Below are positions 31,225 through 41,714 of a stretch of DNA of 64,000 bases, piece by piece. This stretch comes from Synechococcales cyanobacterium VAR_4_metabat_354 (lineage in GTDB: Bacteria > Cyanobacteriota > Cyanobacteriia > Cyanobacteriales > Chamaesiphonaceae). Made by a program: the position numbers and the translations under genes. Position 1 is the stretch's first letter, and every line of letters starts with the position of its first letter. The notes below the pieces were generated by a model. That model was not told the DNA's origin, ran no database searches, and saw only the letters and a program-made list of their open reading frames with translations. The stretch spans positions 96,001 to 160,000 of the forward strand of contig JANOQI010000016.1 in NCBI GenBank assembly GCA_031414775.1. The letters run 5' to 3'.

Positions 31225-32169
31225 ATGGCCAACATCAATAGTGAAGCGATTAAGGCTCAGGCTCACGCTGTTGGCTTCCATTTGGTGGGGATAGCCGCGA
31301 TCGATAGTGTGGCCATTAACACTACGGCGGAGCGTTTAGAACAGTGGCTAGATTTAGGTTACCAAGCAGAAATGAACTGGATGACCAATCCGCGCCGTCG
31401 CGACCCGCATTTGGTTTTGCCGACCGTTCGATCGATCATTGCCGTAGCACTCAATTACTATCAGCCCCAATCCCGACCAACTGGCGATCAATACGCCAAA
31501 ATTTCTCGCTACGCTTGGGGCAAAGATTATCACAAAGTCTTAGAAAAAAAGCTCAAGCAATTGACTCAGTGGCTGCAAACCTCATCACCCAATTCCACTT
31601 TTAAGTTCTATACCGACACGGGTCCCATTGGCGATAAAGTCTGGGCCGAAGCTGCTGGGCTGGGCTGGATCGGTAAAAATGGCAACTTAATTACCCGCCA
31701 GTATGGGTCTTGGGTATTTTTGGGGGAAATCTTAACTGATTTAGAACTTACTGCCGATCGACCTCATGATCAACACTGCGGCACCTGTACCCGTTGCTTG
31801 ACAGCTTGCCCCACCCAAGCGATCGCCGCCCCCTTTGTAGTAGATGCTAATCGCTGCATTGCCTACCATACGATCGAGAACCGCGCCGCACAACTACCAG
31901 CCACCATTGCCAACAATTTAGCGGGCTGGGTCGCTGGCTGTGACATTTGCCAAGATGTTTGTCCCTGGAATCAGCGCTTTGCTCAACCCACTGATGTGAT
32001 CGAGTTTACTGCGGATGATACCCGTATTCAGGTAACATTATCAGACTTGGTCGAACTTACCGATGCCGACTGGCAGCAGCGCTTCACTGGGTCAGCCCTA
32101 AAGCGGATTAAGCCCCCCATGTTTCGACGTAACGCCCAAGCTAACCTAGATGGTCTGGCTGATGACTAA
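31225..32169 (+). CDS. queG: tRNA epoxyqueuosine reductase
   Basis: ISRYAWGKDYH, GLGWIGKN, CGTCTRCLTACPT, GCDICQDVCPWN. Confidence 0.95.
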   Translation: MANINSEAIKAQAHAVGFHLVGIAAIDSVAINTTAERLEQWLDLGYQAEMNWMTNPRRRDPHLVLPTVRSIIAVALNYYQPQSRPTGDQYAKISRYAWGKDYHKVLEKKLKQLTQWLQTSSPNSTFKFYTDTGPIGDKVWAEAAGLGWIGKNGNLITRQYGSWVFLGEILTDLELTADRPHDQHCGTCTRCLTACPTQAIAAPFVVDANRCIAYHTIENRAAQLPATIANNLAGWVAGCDICQDVCPWNQRFAQPTDVIEFTADDTRIQVTLSDLVELTDADWQQRFTGSALKRIKPPMFRRNAQANLDGLADD

Positions 32170-32815
32170 AACCGTTATCTTTGATTTTGATGGTACTCTG
32201 GCCGACACATTTGCAGTCCTCATCGAAATTACCAACGAATTAGCACCGGAGTTTGGCTATCAGCCAGTAGATAAGCAACAAATCACCCAATTGCAAGGAC
32301 TCAGCTCCCGCGAAATCGTGAAGATTGCCGGAATTCCCCGTTGGCAAATCCCCTTTTTGCTGCGTCGTTTTAAGCTAGCTTTTCGGCAAAAAACCGATAT
32401 GGTCAAGCTTTTTCCGCACATAACTCATTTGCTGCAGACCCTGAAGTATGCTGGCTACAAAATCGGGATTATCAGTTCTAATTCTGTCGATAATATTGAG
32501 ACGGTGTTGACTCGATATCAGATTAATCATCTCTTTAGTTTTGTCTACTCCTGCTCAATTTTTGGCAAGAGTCGCGCCATTAATTCGGCTTTGCGCGCTC
32601 ATTACGTCAATGCTGATGAGGCGATTTATGTTGGTGATGAAATCCGAGATATCGATGCCGCCAGACGCAGTAAAATTCCCGTGATTGCCGTAACTTGGGG
32701 TTTCAATCGTGTGGAAATTTTAACCAAACGCCAGCCCGACTATTTGGCCCATCAGCCCCAAGAAATTATTCAACTGCTGGTCAAGGAAAAAGTCGAAAAT
32801 GTCGATCGATCCTAA
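32162..32815 (+). CDS. HAD-IA family hydrolase (phosphoglycolate phosphatase-like)
   Basis: FDFDGTLADT, SSN, YVGDEIRD, VTWGF. Confidence 0.9.
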   Translation: MTKTVIFDFDGTLADTFAVLIEITNELAPEFGYQPVDKQQITQLQGLSSREIVKIAGIPRWQIPFLLRRFKLAFRQKTDMVKLFPHITHLLQTLKYAGYKIGIISSNSVDNIETVLTRYQINHLFSFVYSCSIFGKSRAINSALRAHYVNADEAIYVGDEIRDIDAARRSKIPVIAVTWGFNRVEILTKRQPDYLAHQPQEIIQLLVKEKVENVDRS

Positions 32816-33197
32816 TTTACGACTGCCGATCGCCATTAGTTGTGGGGCAATTGCCGGAGCTTTAGGACGACACTATCTGACCATAGCGATTAGCCATTGG
32901 TGGGGCACCAGTTTTCCCTGGGGTATTTTTGTGATTAACATCACCGGTTGTTGGCTGATGGGACTAATCTACGGTCTAGTAACTATGCGAGTAATTCATA
33001 TATCATCAGAATTATATATAATGCTTACGACTGGTTTCTTGGGAGCCTATACTACTTTTTCTACTTATGGATTGGGTGTGATCAAATTACTCGAAGCAAG
33101 GTGGATACTGGGTATATCCTATGCCGTAGGAAGTGCTTTTTTCGGCATCATCAGTGTTCGATTAGGTATTATAATGGCTCATTGGTTTAGGAACTAA
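32799..33197 (+). CDS. crcB: Fluoride efflux channel Fluc
   Basis: GAIAGALGR, INITG, TTGFLGAYTTFST. Confidence 0.92.
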   Translation: MSIDPNLRLPIAISCGAIAGALGRHYLTIAISHWWGTSFPWGIFVINITGCWLMGLIYGLVTMRVIHISSELYIMLTTGFLGAYTTFSTYGLGVIKLLEARWILGISYAVGSAFFGIISVRLGIIMAHWFRN

Positions 33198-33211
33198 AAA
33201 ATTATAGGGTC

Positions 33212-34969
33212 ATGTTGCAATCTACCCAACCGTTGGAATATGTCGAATACGCCGCCACAGCTGTCACAGTATTCGGATTAATCATTGCTTTATTCACCGG
33301 TAATTGGCCAATTGTGTTGGTACCACTGGTGTTGTCTCTAAGCTTAAGTGTTTTTAATCGATATCAAAGTGACCAAAACTATCGACGACGCTTGGCGAAA
33401 GCAAATCATGACTTACAATTACAGTACGAACAACTACAACAAGAAATTGTGCAAAGTCGTAGTTTTTCAACATCTTTGGTGAAACAAACTCTGGCTGCCC
33501 AGAAAGCAGAGTTGCCCGCTGCTACCAGTGAACCATTTCATTTTCAATTATTAGAAAAGCGGGTGATCGATCAGCAACGATTAATGACATCTTTTCAGAA
33601 CCACATTGTAGGTGTCGAAAGTACAATTACTAATTTGGTAGAAGCTTTAGATGGAGCAGCAATTCCTGATCGAGTAGAGTACTTGGAGCAAGCAATCTTC
33701 AAGCTGTCCGAGATAACTGGTCTCGATCCAGCCGAAATTTTAAGCCCAATCCTAAGTGGTCATCGACAAATGGCAATTAGTGCGGCGCCCAATCTGTCCG
33801 CCAGTGCTGAAATGTTTAGTCTGGATGATTTGGGTCTAGACGATCCCGAACAGTTTAATTTTTTTGATGATCAGCCCGAACCCACTAGATTGCAAGGAAC
33901 TGATTCTGGGTTTTTTACCAAATCTAAAAATGCTGAACTGAGTATTGACCGAATTGCTGCCGATCTTATATCTGGCGATCTGTTAGGCTCCGATCCCATT
34001 TCTGGGGATTTGGCCTCCGGGGATTTGGGGATTAGCGATAATATATGGGCACGGTCATCTTGGGAACTCAAAACTACGCTCAAGGCTCATACTGACTGGG
34101 TGCGCTGTTTAAGCTTTACTCCCGATACTAATACTTTAATTAGTGGTAGTTTTGACCAATCAATTAAATTTTGGAACCTGGACAATTACCAACTAATTCA
34201 TGATTTGCAGGATCATCACAAGGGAGTGTTTGCCTTGGCAGTGAGTGCTGATGGTCGGACTTTGGCCAGTGGGAGTTGGGATGAAACAATTAAACTGTGG
34301 AATATCCCCACGGGTCAGCTGATTACTAATTTAGAAGGGCACACTGCTTCGGTACGTTCGTTGGCGATGAGTCCGGATAATCAGCTGTTAATCAGTGGTA
34401 GCTTTGACAATAGTATTCGGGTCTGGCATCTGGATTCTGGTGACTTACTTACTACCATGTTGCAAAGTGAGCCGATCGCGGCCATTGCCCTCAATCATAC
34501 TGGCCAGTTGTTGGCTAGTACTGGTGATGATGGTTTGATCAAACTATGGTCAATCAATACTGGTCAAGTTATTGCTCAGCTCACGGGCAATGGTAACTGT
34601 ATTTGTTCTTTGGCCATTAGCCCTACTTCCGATGCGATTGTGGCCGGAACGGTGAGTGGTTCGATCGTTATTTGGGCGATCAATCCCCAGGATGTGAGAA
34701 GCAGCAATCCGCTCCAAAAGTTTAAGGCTCATTCTGGTCAGATTAATGCTTGTATTTTTCATCCGGACGGTCAGTCTTTAGTAACTGGCAGTGTCGATGG
34801 TAAAGCCCGGATTTGGGCGAAAGAAACTGGTAAGAATTTCCGGGAAAAACCTCGCAAAACTCTGCGCGGTGAACCTGGTCGTTCGGTAATGTCTACGGCG
34901 ATTAGTAGTGATGGTCGATCGATCGCTATTGGCGGAGCTGATGGTAGTATCGAAATATGGCGTAGTTGA
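33212..34969 (+). CDS. Membrane-anchored WD40 repeat protein
   Basis: Two N-terminal TM helices, coiled coil, about seven GH..SGS.D..IK.W repeats. Confidence 0.9.
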   Translation: MLQSTQPLEYVEYAATAVTVFGLIIALFTGNWPIVLVPLVLSLSLSVFNRYQSDQNYRRRLAKANHDLQLQYEQLQQEIVQSRSFSTSLVKQTLAAQKAELPAATSEPFHFQLLEKRVIDQQRLMTSFQNHIVGVESTITNLVEALDGAAIPDRVEYLEQAIFKLSEITGLDPAEILSPILSGHRQMAISAAPNLSASAEMFSLDDLGLDDPEQFNFFDDQPEPTRLQGTDSGFFTKSKNAELSIDRIAADLISGDLLGSDPISGDLASGDLGISDNIWARSSWELKTTLKAHTDWVRCLSFTPDTNTLISGSFDQSIKFWNLDNYQLIHDLQDHHKGVFALAVSADGRTLASGSWDETIKLWNIPTGQLITNLEGHTASVRSLAMSPDNQLLISGSFDNSIRVWHLDSGDLLTTMLQSEPIAAIALNHTGQLLASTGDDGLIKLWSINTGQVIAQLTGNGNCICSLAISPTSDAIVAGTVSGSIVIWAINPQDVRSSNPLQKFKAHSGQINACIFHPDGQSLVTGSVDGKARIWAKETGKNFREKPRKTLRGEPGRSVMSTAISSDGRSIAIGGADGSIEIWRS

Positions 34970-34994
34970 CGTTATTGCCAAACAACTCAACTAA

Positions 34995-36890
34995 TTAGCT
35001 CAAAGGGATCGTGAAGTGAAATTCACTACCCTTATTTTTGCCACCTGATTCTGCCCAGATTTCGCCACCCCAGCTCAAGACGGCTTGCCGACAGATTGCT
35101 AAACCTAAGCCAGTGCCACCAGTGGTGCGCCGCAGTGAACCTTCCTCTTGATAGAACCGCTCAAAGACAGCTTGGAGCAGATTCGGCTCAATGCCTCGGC
35201 CAGTATCAGCAATGATCACTTCTAGCATGAGCTGACGACTTTGGGCTTGGATGGTGATACTACCCTTGCTAGTGGTGAATTTGTAGGCGTTGTCTAAGAG
35301 CTTGCTTAAGACCTCCACCAGCCATTCTCCATCTAATTTAACTAGGGGTAAATCATCAGCAATATCGACGATAATTTGGGGCGTATCATGCTGGTGATTG
35401 CGAGTCTTCATGCCGCTCATGGCCAGATCAACACATTCGCGCAGAGCCAAATTCTCCGGATGCCATTGAAAACGACCACTTTCTAGCTGAGAGAGAGTGA
35501 GAAAATCTTGGATGAGTTTGCGCATCCGTTCACTATCGGATAGGGCGGTACTAAGCATCACTTGCCGCATCTCGATCGACATATCTGGATCGCTAGCCAG
35601 ACTTTCGAGACAAATTTGAATAGTCGATAAGGGTGTGCGTAATTCGTGACCAGTAATTGCCACCAAATTGCCACGAATGCGATCGAGCACCGCCAGCTGT
35701 TCGTTCAGATATTCTAAGTGGGTGTAGGCTTCGGCCTGGATCAAAGCGCTGCCTACATGGGTCGCTACCGCTTCGACCAAGCTAATTTCTTCCGGTAACC
35801 ACTGGCGGGTGGTCGATTCACAGTGATGTAATTCAATCATCCCCAGCAGCCGATCTTGGGAAAGGACTGGCACCAAAAGTAGGTCAACAATTTGGTATTT
35901 GGTAACTAGTTCGGCCATGTTGGAATTGAGATGGTCAGCAGCCAAAAGAGTGCTGGGAAGACGGGTGGTAATCACTTCTTGGAGGAGGGGGTGAGTACTG
36001 AGATCCCAACTATGACTAGCCAAAGAAGCAATATCGGGCTGGCTAATATATTCGTAATTAATGGTGGCAATGTCGGCACCAGCTTGATAACGATAAATTA
36101 AGCAGCGGCTAGCTTGCATCGCTTCGCCCAGTTCTTTGACGGCTACTTGTAAAATTTCATCGGGTTTGACAGAGCTGCGGAGGGCACTGGCAATTAGGTT
36201 AACCAGTCTTTCTCGATTTTCTTGAGCGGCGATCGATCGATAGGCTTTGATTAGTTTATATTGGCCAGCCTGAAGATAGGTTACCAATCGTTGCACGAAG
36301 GCATCAGCACTAGCCGAGCCAGTTTCAGTAGTAATTATTGGTGCAGCAGCTAGCTCGATTTGAATTTTCTGAAGCTGTTTCTTGAGCTTCGGTCGATACT
36401 TAGCAACTCGGCCTAATAATATTTGAGCAGCATCAATTGCTATCTGTCGATCGAATGTCCAGATTCCATCAAAACGCTGGGAAGATTCTAGTCCTTGGGC
36501 GTTAGTCCACTCGCCAGTACGTTCTTGGCAAATTAAACAGGCTGCCGAATTTTCACCAATCACCACCAAGTTCCATTCTTGAGCTAAGCCATCATTGGGA
36601 TTGATCGGAATCAGTACATAGTCGGTGGCGGGAATCTTACTACTTTCCATGACGGATAAGACGTAAGCTCGGTCGGTCTGGGCGGCAATGCGCTGGTAGC
36701 GGTGCGCTTCTTGCCGGTAAAATCGCTCTTCTTGAAAAGTAGCAATTACCAATGGTCGATCGGCACCAGCTAGAACAAGATCTTCCATAGCCCGCGACAG
36801 AGCAGTCAGTGAAGACTTGAAATAAAGGTGTGGACGCAGGTGGGAATGTTGGCTTAGTAACTCTGTCAGGACAGAATCGGAGATGCTCAT
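34995..36890 (-). CDS. DICT-GAF sensor histidine kinase
   Basis: YFKSSLTALS, FQEERFYRQE (DICT), GAF, HELRTPL, NAYKFT, GTGLGL. Confidence 0.9.
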   Translation of the reverse strand: MSISDSVLTELLSQHSHLRPHLYFKSSLTALSRAMEDLVLAGADRPLVIATFQEERFYRQEAHRYQRIAAQTDRAYVLSVMESSKIPATDYVLIPINPNDGLAQEWNLVVIGENSAACLICQERTGEWTNAQGLESSQRFDGIWTFDRQIAIDAAQILLGRVAKYRPKLKKQLQKIQIELAAAPIITTETGSASADAFVQRLVTYLQAGQYKLIKAYRSIAAQENRERLVNLIASALRSSVKPDEILQVAVKELGEAMQASRCLIYRYQAGADIATINYEYISQPDIASLASHSWDLSTHPLLQEVITTRLPSTLLAADHLNSNMAELVTKYQIVDLLLVPVLSQDRLLGMIELHHCESTTRQWLPEEISLVEAVATHVGSALIQAEAYTHLEYLNEQLAVLDRIRGNLVAITGHELRTPLSTIQICLESLASDPDMSIEMRQVMLSTALSDSERMRKLIQDFLTLSQLESGRFQWHPENLALRECVDLAMSGMKTRNHQHDTPQIIVDIADDLPLVKLDGEWLVEVLSKLLDNAYKFTTSKGSITIQAQSRQLMLEVIIADTGRGIEPNLLQAVFERFYQEEGSLRRTTGGTGLGLAICRQAVLSWGGEIWAESGGKNKGSEFHFTIPLS

Positions 36891-37137
36891 GAACCCGCCT
36901 TCAATAAGGCTCTGACATTATCTACGCCTAATTTTAGCTTAGATGGTCATGTAGTTTAGATGTTGAGGGTTAGATGGTTGTGAAAAGTTACAGTTTGCCA
37001 CTTTTTGCTTTGGAGACAAACGCCGCACAGCTTTATCGGTTAGCAGCTGATCGGTATTCGCTCCAGGCACAACAGACAGCCAACAACAACTCACCATGTG
37101 GTAGGATAGAAGGCTGTGTCTTAAACCAGATATATCC

Positions 37138-37335
37138 ATGCCCAAACTCAAAACCCGGCGCGCCGCAGCCAAGCGCTTCCGTGCCACCGGCACCGGCAAA
37201 ATCATGCGCCGCAAAGCCTTCAAGAGCCACCTACTTGAGCACAAAAGCTCTACCCAGCGCCGTAACTTATCCAAAATGGCCGTAGTTGACGAAACCGACA
37301 CCGCCCGCGTGCGGGGAATGCTGCCTTACTTGTAG
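37138..37335 (+). CDS. rpmI: 50S ribosomal protein L35
   Basis: [14 protein letters not shown]. Confidence 0.97.
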   Translation: MPKLKTRRAAAKRFRATGTGKIMRRKAFKSHLLEHKSSTQRRNLSKMAVVDETDTARVRGMLPYL

Positions 37336-37448
37336 CGCACGCTTATTCCAGTCAGCCTGGTAGCTTGAGGAATGCCGACAGCAATCGCTGTTTTATAAAG
37401 CCGTAGAGCCATTCAAAATCACCATAGACTAATACAAATACCTAAACC

Positions 37449-37802
37449 ATGACCAGAGTTAAGCGCGGTAATGTAGCCCGCAAACATCGTAATAAGATCT
37501 TAAAGTTAGCCAAAGGCTTCCGGGGTTCCCACTCCAAGCTATTTCGGGTAGCGAACCAACAAGTAATGAAGGCGCTCCGCAACGCCTACCGCGATCGCAA
37601 GAAAAAGAAACGCGATTTTCGCAGGCTATGGATTGCTCGAGTCAATGCTGCTTCCAGACAACACGGCATCAGCTACAGCCAATTGATTGGCGGCCTAAAG
37701 AAAGCTAACATTCATCTGAATCGAAAGATGCTAGCTCAGTTGGCTATCCAAGATGCTAATAGCTTTGAGCAGATTGTGAAACTGGCGATTGCTGCTAAGT
37801 AA
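37449..37802 (+). CDS. rplT: 50S ribosomal protein L20
   Basis: [22 protein letters not shown]. Confidence 0.97.
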   Translation: MTRVKRGNVARKHRNKILKLAKGFRGSHSKLFRVANQQVMKALRNAYRDRKKKKRDFRRLWIARVNAASRQHGISYSQLIGGLKKANIHLNRKMLAQLAIQDANSFEQIVKLAIAAK

Positions 37803-37832
37803 AACCAAGTACCAAAAATGCGAGGATAGAAC

Positions 37833-38609
37833 ATGCCTAAGTCCATAGCGCTGCTGATTCTATCCTTGGTACTATTGCCTAACCAGGTAGCAGCCGAAAG
37901 CTTACAAGGCATTCGAGAAAGAGGACGGTTGATTGTCGCAGTAAAAGACAACACCCGTCCTTTGGGCTTTAAAGGCACAAATGGCCAATTACAGGGCTTA
38001 GAAATAGACATTGCCCGACGCTTAAGCCAAGAAATTTTAGGAAAAGCAGACAAAGTAGATTTTCAACCAGTTAAAAATCAAGAGCGGTTGCGGGTATTGC
38101 TTGATGGACGAGTAGATTTAACGATTGCTAGGCTAAGTGTCAACACATCTAGATCCCGTGTCATAGACTTTAGCCGTCCCTATTATCGAGAAACCACCGG
38201 GATTATCACCAATAGCCCCAATATCCGGCAACATAAGGATTTGGTTCAAAAAAGAGTAGCAGTTTTGAAAGGTTCTAGTACTGCTCTTGTGCTCACTAGT
38301 CGCCTTCCCCAAGCTAAATTAGTCCCAGTCGCCAGCTACCAAGCCGCGAAAAATTTACTCGATCGACATCAGGTAGATGCTTTTGCCACTGATAAAAGCT
38401 TGCTAGTGGGCTGGGTGCAAGAATATCCCCAATACCAATTGTTGTCTGGTGCCCTGCCGGGGAACACTTTGGATGCTAGAGAATCGATCGCGATTGCGAT
38501 GCCCCGCGGGCGGAAGTACGATCCGCTGTGGCGATTTGTGGACGAAACTCTCCAAAAATGGGAAAAGGAAGGATGGCTGCAAGCCAGAATTCGTTACTGG
38601 GGACTGTGA
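37833..38609 (+). CDS. Amino-acid ABC transporter substrate-binding protein (SBP_bac_3)
   Basis: Signal peptide, IRERGRLIVAVK, GLEIDIA, IDFSRPYY. Confidence 0.88.
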   Translation: MPKSIALLILSLVLLPNQVAAESLQGIRERGRLIVAVKDNTRPLGFKGTNGQLQGLEIDIARRLSQEILGKADKVDFQPVKNQERLRVLLDGRVDLTIARLSVNTSRSRVIDFSRPYYRETTGIITNSPNIRQHKDLVQKRVAVLKGSSTALVLTSRLPQAKLVPVASYQAAKNLLDRHQVDAFATDKSLLVGWVQEYPQYQLLSGALPGNTLDARESIAIAMPRGRKYDPLWRFVDETLQKWEKEGWLQARIRYWGL

Positions 38610-38649
38610 GTTGCTAAAGTATTAACTGTTAGCCAAATAAATTTAATAT

Positions 38650-39195
38650 ATGGATTTTCCCAATCTTCAAGATATGTTCAGCAGCTTGCCTCTCATTTAT
38701 CTAGCGGCTTTTGTGGCACTCCTCGCCGTTGCTGGAGTGGTAGTTGTTAGACAAGTGCTGAAAAATCGATCGATCGAAAGCGATTTAGGTAAGCTAGAAA
38801 AGAAGGTGAAGTCAGCAGACTGTACTGCTGAAGACTACTACGCCTTGGCTAGTATTTATTTAGATAAAAAATTGTTTGTGCAAGCAGTAATTTTGTTAAA
38901 TAAAGCACTCAAGTCCAAGACCACTAATTCTGATGACTTTGCGCCGGTTCATAATGCTTTAGGCTATGCCTATGAGTGCCAAGAGCAGTACGATGTGGCG
39001 ATCCGTAACTATAAAGAAGCCATCAAGCAAGATCCGAACTATGTGACGGCTATGAATAATTTGGGTCATGCCTACGAACAAAAAAAACTCACGTCGCAGG
39101 CGCTGGAAATTTATGACCAGGCGCTGCAACTCGACCCCGAAAATGAAACTGCTAATCGACGGGCAGAGTCTCTACGACGGCGCTTAGTGGCCTAA
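38650..39195 (+). CDS. ycf37: TPR protein, photosystem I assembly Ycf37-like
   Basis: N-terminal TM helix, YYALASIYLDKKLF, NALGYAY, YVTAMNNLG. Confidence 0.8.
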   Translation: MDFPNLQDMFSSLPLIYLAAFVALLAVAGVVVVRQVLKNRSIESDLGKLEKKVKSADCTAEDYYALASIYLDKKLFVQAVILLNKALKSKTTNSDDFAPVHNALGYAYECQEQYDVAIRNYKEAIKQDPNYVTAMNNLGHAYEQKKLTSQALEIYDQALQLDPENETANRRAESLRRRLVA

Positions 39196-39198
39196 ATA

Positions 39199-39924
39199 AT
39201 GGTCAAAAAAATTGTGTTCGTTTTAGGCACCCTCAGCTGTGCGGCTTTAGTTGGGGGGATATTGTTCTACAACGGGATCGTCGCTATCCACGATCCCAAT
39301 CGCCAGCAATTTCCAGTGAGAGGAATTGATATTTCCGCCCACCAACGTCAAATCGATTGGGGCGAAGTTGCCAAGCAGAAAGAAGCTGATTTCGTTGTAA
39401 TTAAAGCTACTGAGGGTGGAGACTTTCGGGATAGCCGGTTTTCTGAAAACTGGAAAAATGCCAAGAAAGTTGGCTTAGCACGCGGCGCTTATCACTTTTT
39501 CACTTTTTGCAAGCCTGGAAAAATCCAAGCCCAAAATTTTATTGCTACGGTACCTGTGGAATCTCAGACTTTGCCCCCAATAGTAGACTTGGAATTCAGC
39601 GGTAATTGTCAAAAACACCCTTCAGCTTCAGCGTTACAAGAAGAACTGACTGAGTACTTGCAAGAAATTCAAAAAAACTATCAGCAAACTCCAATCCTCT
39701 ATGTTACCCACGAATTTTATGATGCCTATTTACAAAATAAATTCACTAATAACCCGATTTGGATTAGCAACTTTTACACTACCCCGACTCTTTCTGACCA
39801 GCGCTCTTGGACATTCTGGCAATACAGCGAACGCGGCAAAATTGCGGGAGTGAATGGATTGATCGATCGCAATGTCTTTAATGGTAGTTATCAGCAGTTC
39901 AAACAACTTCTCAAACAATCCTAA
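39199..39924 (+). CDS. GH25 family lysozyme
   Basis: GIDISAHQ, IKATEG, GAYHFF, DLE, FWQYS. Confidence 0.92.
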   Translation: MVKKIVFVLGTLSCAALVGGILFYNGIVAIHDPNRQQFPVRGIDISAHQRQIDWGEVAKQKEADFVVIKATEGGDFRDSRFSENWKNAKKVGLARGAYHFFTFCKPGKIQAQNFIATVPVESQTLPPIVDLEFSGNCQKHPSASALQEELTEYLQEIQKNYQQTPILYVTHEFYDAYLQNKFTNNPIWISNFYTTPTLSDQRSWTFWQYSERGKIAGVNGLIDRNVFNGSYQQFKQLLKQS

Positions 39925-39928
39925 AAAA

Positions 39929-41551
39929 ATGCAAGTTATCTGGTTTTTGCTCCAAGCCTCTTGGCAGAGTATGACGACCGCCATTATTACTGGCCTGATC
40001 AGTGGGGTCGGCAGTGCGGCGCTGATTGCAATTATCAACACAGCGGTGAATGGTAGTAGTTCGGCCAGCTGGCTCTGGCCGTTTTTGGGTATTTCGGTGA
40101 TGGCGTTGTTCACTGGGATTATTTCCCAGTTTGTATTGATCGATTTAGCCCAAAACTCTGTTTACAATCTCCGGCTGAGCCTCAGTCGGCGGATTTTGGC
40201 TGCTCCTTTTCAGCAACTAGAAGAACTGGGCGCTAGCAAGCTATTGGCCAGCTTAACCGAAGATGTAACGGTACTTTCTAATACTGTTTCAATCATTCCT
40301 TTCTTTTGTATTGATATTGCGATTATCGCTAGTTGTTTGGTCTATCTGGCTTTTTTATCGGGTGTTGTGTTTGTCGTCACCATTGTTTTGATTATTTTGA
40401 GCATTGTAATTATTCAGTTAATGATTATCCGTGCTAACAAACTATTTTATGGAGCTAGGGAAGAGGATGATCGACTGTTGCAACTCTTTCGATCGATCAC
40501 CGATGGGATCAAGGAACTAAAACTTCACTGGCAACGCCGTCAAGACTTTGTCGATGTGGAACTGAGCGAGAGCGCTGGGGTATCTCGCGATCGGAATATT
40601 AAAGGTCTAAGAATTTTTGCGGTCGCTGCCACAATTGGTCAATTAATTTTTTCCTTGGTGATGGGGATTTTGATTTTTGGAATGCCCCAGCTATTACAGC
40701 TAAATATTGCGACTCTGAGTGGTTATGTTTTGACCCTGACTTACTTGATGACCCCGTTCCAAAATATTTTGCAACGGCTGCCATCATTACTCCGCGCCAA
40801 TGTAGCCATTCGGAAAATTGAAAATATGGGGCTAGCTCTAGCCCAATCTGCCGAAATTATCCAACCACCAGCGTCTACTCTGCCCGAAGTAGAAACGCTG
40901 GAACTATACAATATTAACCATACCTATCAGGGCGATGAGCAAAGCTTTCATTTGGGATCTATCGATTTGAAGTTTACCAGTGGTCAGTTGGTGTTTATTG
41001 TAGGCGGCAATGGTAGCGGCAAATCAACGCTGGCCAAGCTGTTGACTGGTTTATATATTCCCGAACTAGGCGAGATTAAGCTTAATGGTCAAGCTATTAC
41101 CAATGAAAATCGGGAGTGGTATCGGCAACATTTCGCGGTAGTATTTGCTGATTTCTTTTTGTTTGAAAAACTGTTGGGCTTAGGCCAAGATGCCACTCAA
41201 CTGGATGCTGAAGCCCAACGTTATTTGCAACTTTTGCAAATTGAGCACAAAGTACAGGTCAAAGATGGAGTGCTATCAACCACCAATCTTTCCCAGGGAC
41301 AACGGAAGCGGTTAGCATTACTGACGGCCTATTTGGAAGATCGCCCGATTTACCTGTTTGATGAATGGGCCGCCGATCAAGATCCATTATTTCGAGATAT
41401 CTTTTACAAGCAGTTACTCCCACAATTGAAGCAGCGCGGCAAGTTAGTATTTGCCATTAGTCATGACGATCGATACTTTTCGGTAGCCGATCGATTAATA
41501 AAACTCGATTACGGTCAGGTCGAATACGACAAGGTTCAGCTGTCTAATTAA
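39929..41551 (+). CDS. Cyclic peptide export ABC transporter (SyrD/PvdE/YojI type)
   Basis: TM domain, GGNGSGKST, LSQGQRKR, DEWAADQDP, ISHDD. Confidence 0.92.
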   Translation: MQVIWFLLQASWQSMTTAIITGLISGVGSAALIAIINTAVNGSSSASWLWPFLGISVMALFTGIISQFVLIDLAQNSVYNLRLSLSRRILAAPFQQLEELGASKLLASLTEDVTVLSNTVSIIPFFCIDIAIIASCLVYLAFLSGVVFVVTIVLIILSIVIIQLMIIRANKLFYGAREEDDRLLQLFRSITDGIKELKLHWQRRQDFVDVELSESAGVSRDRNIKGLRIFAVAATIGQLIFSLVMGILIFGMPQLLQLNIATLSGYVLTLTYLMTPFQNILQRLPSLLRANVAIRKIENMGLALAQSAEIIQPPASTLPEVETLELYNINHTYQGDEQSFHLGSIDLKFTSGQLVFIVGGNGSGKSTLAKLLTGLYIPELGEIKLNGQAITNENREWYRQHFAVVFADFFLFEKLLGLGQDATQLDAEAQRYLQLLQIEHKVQVKDGVLSTTNLSQGQRKRLALLTAYLEDRPIYLFDEWAADQDPLFRDIFYKQLLPQLKQRGKLVFAISHDDRYFSVADRLIKLDYGQVEYDKVQLSN

Positions 41552-41714
41552 TCTAGAATAATGCTGTGATTCCTTGATGTGATCGATCGGTTATTTGTGA
41601 TGTTGGGGGAAGAGGTACAACACGGAGGATCGTGACCCTATATTAGTTACCCGACCCCCAGCTACATTTAAAGCGCGATTGCCGTGTTCGCTATAGCGCA
41701 TGCTTAGCCATCAG

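Noticed and set aside
37070..37137. L20 leader RNA before rpmI (ACAGCC/GGCTGT pairing)
   Set aside because: Only a 6-bp stem; insufficient without a covariance search.
36939..37301. Overlapping ORFs around rpmI (120, 103 and 65 aa)
   Set aside because: Shadow frames of rpmI with no family motifs.
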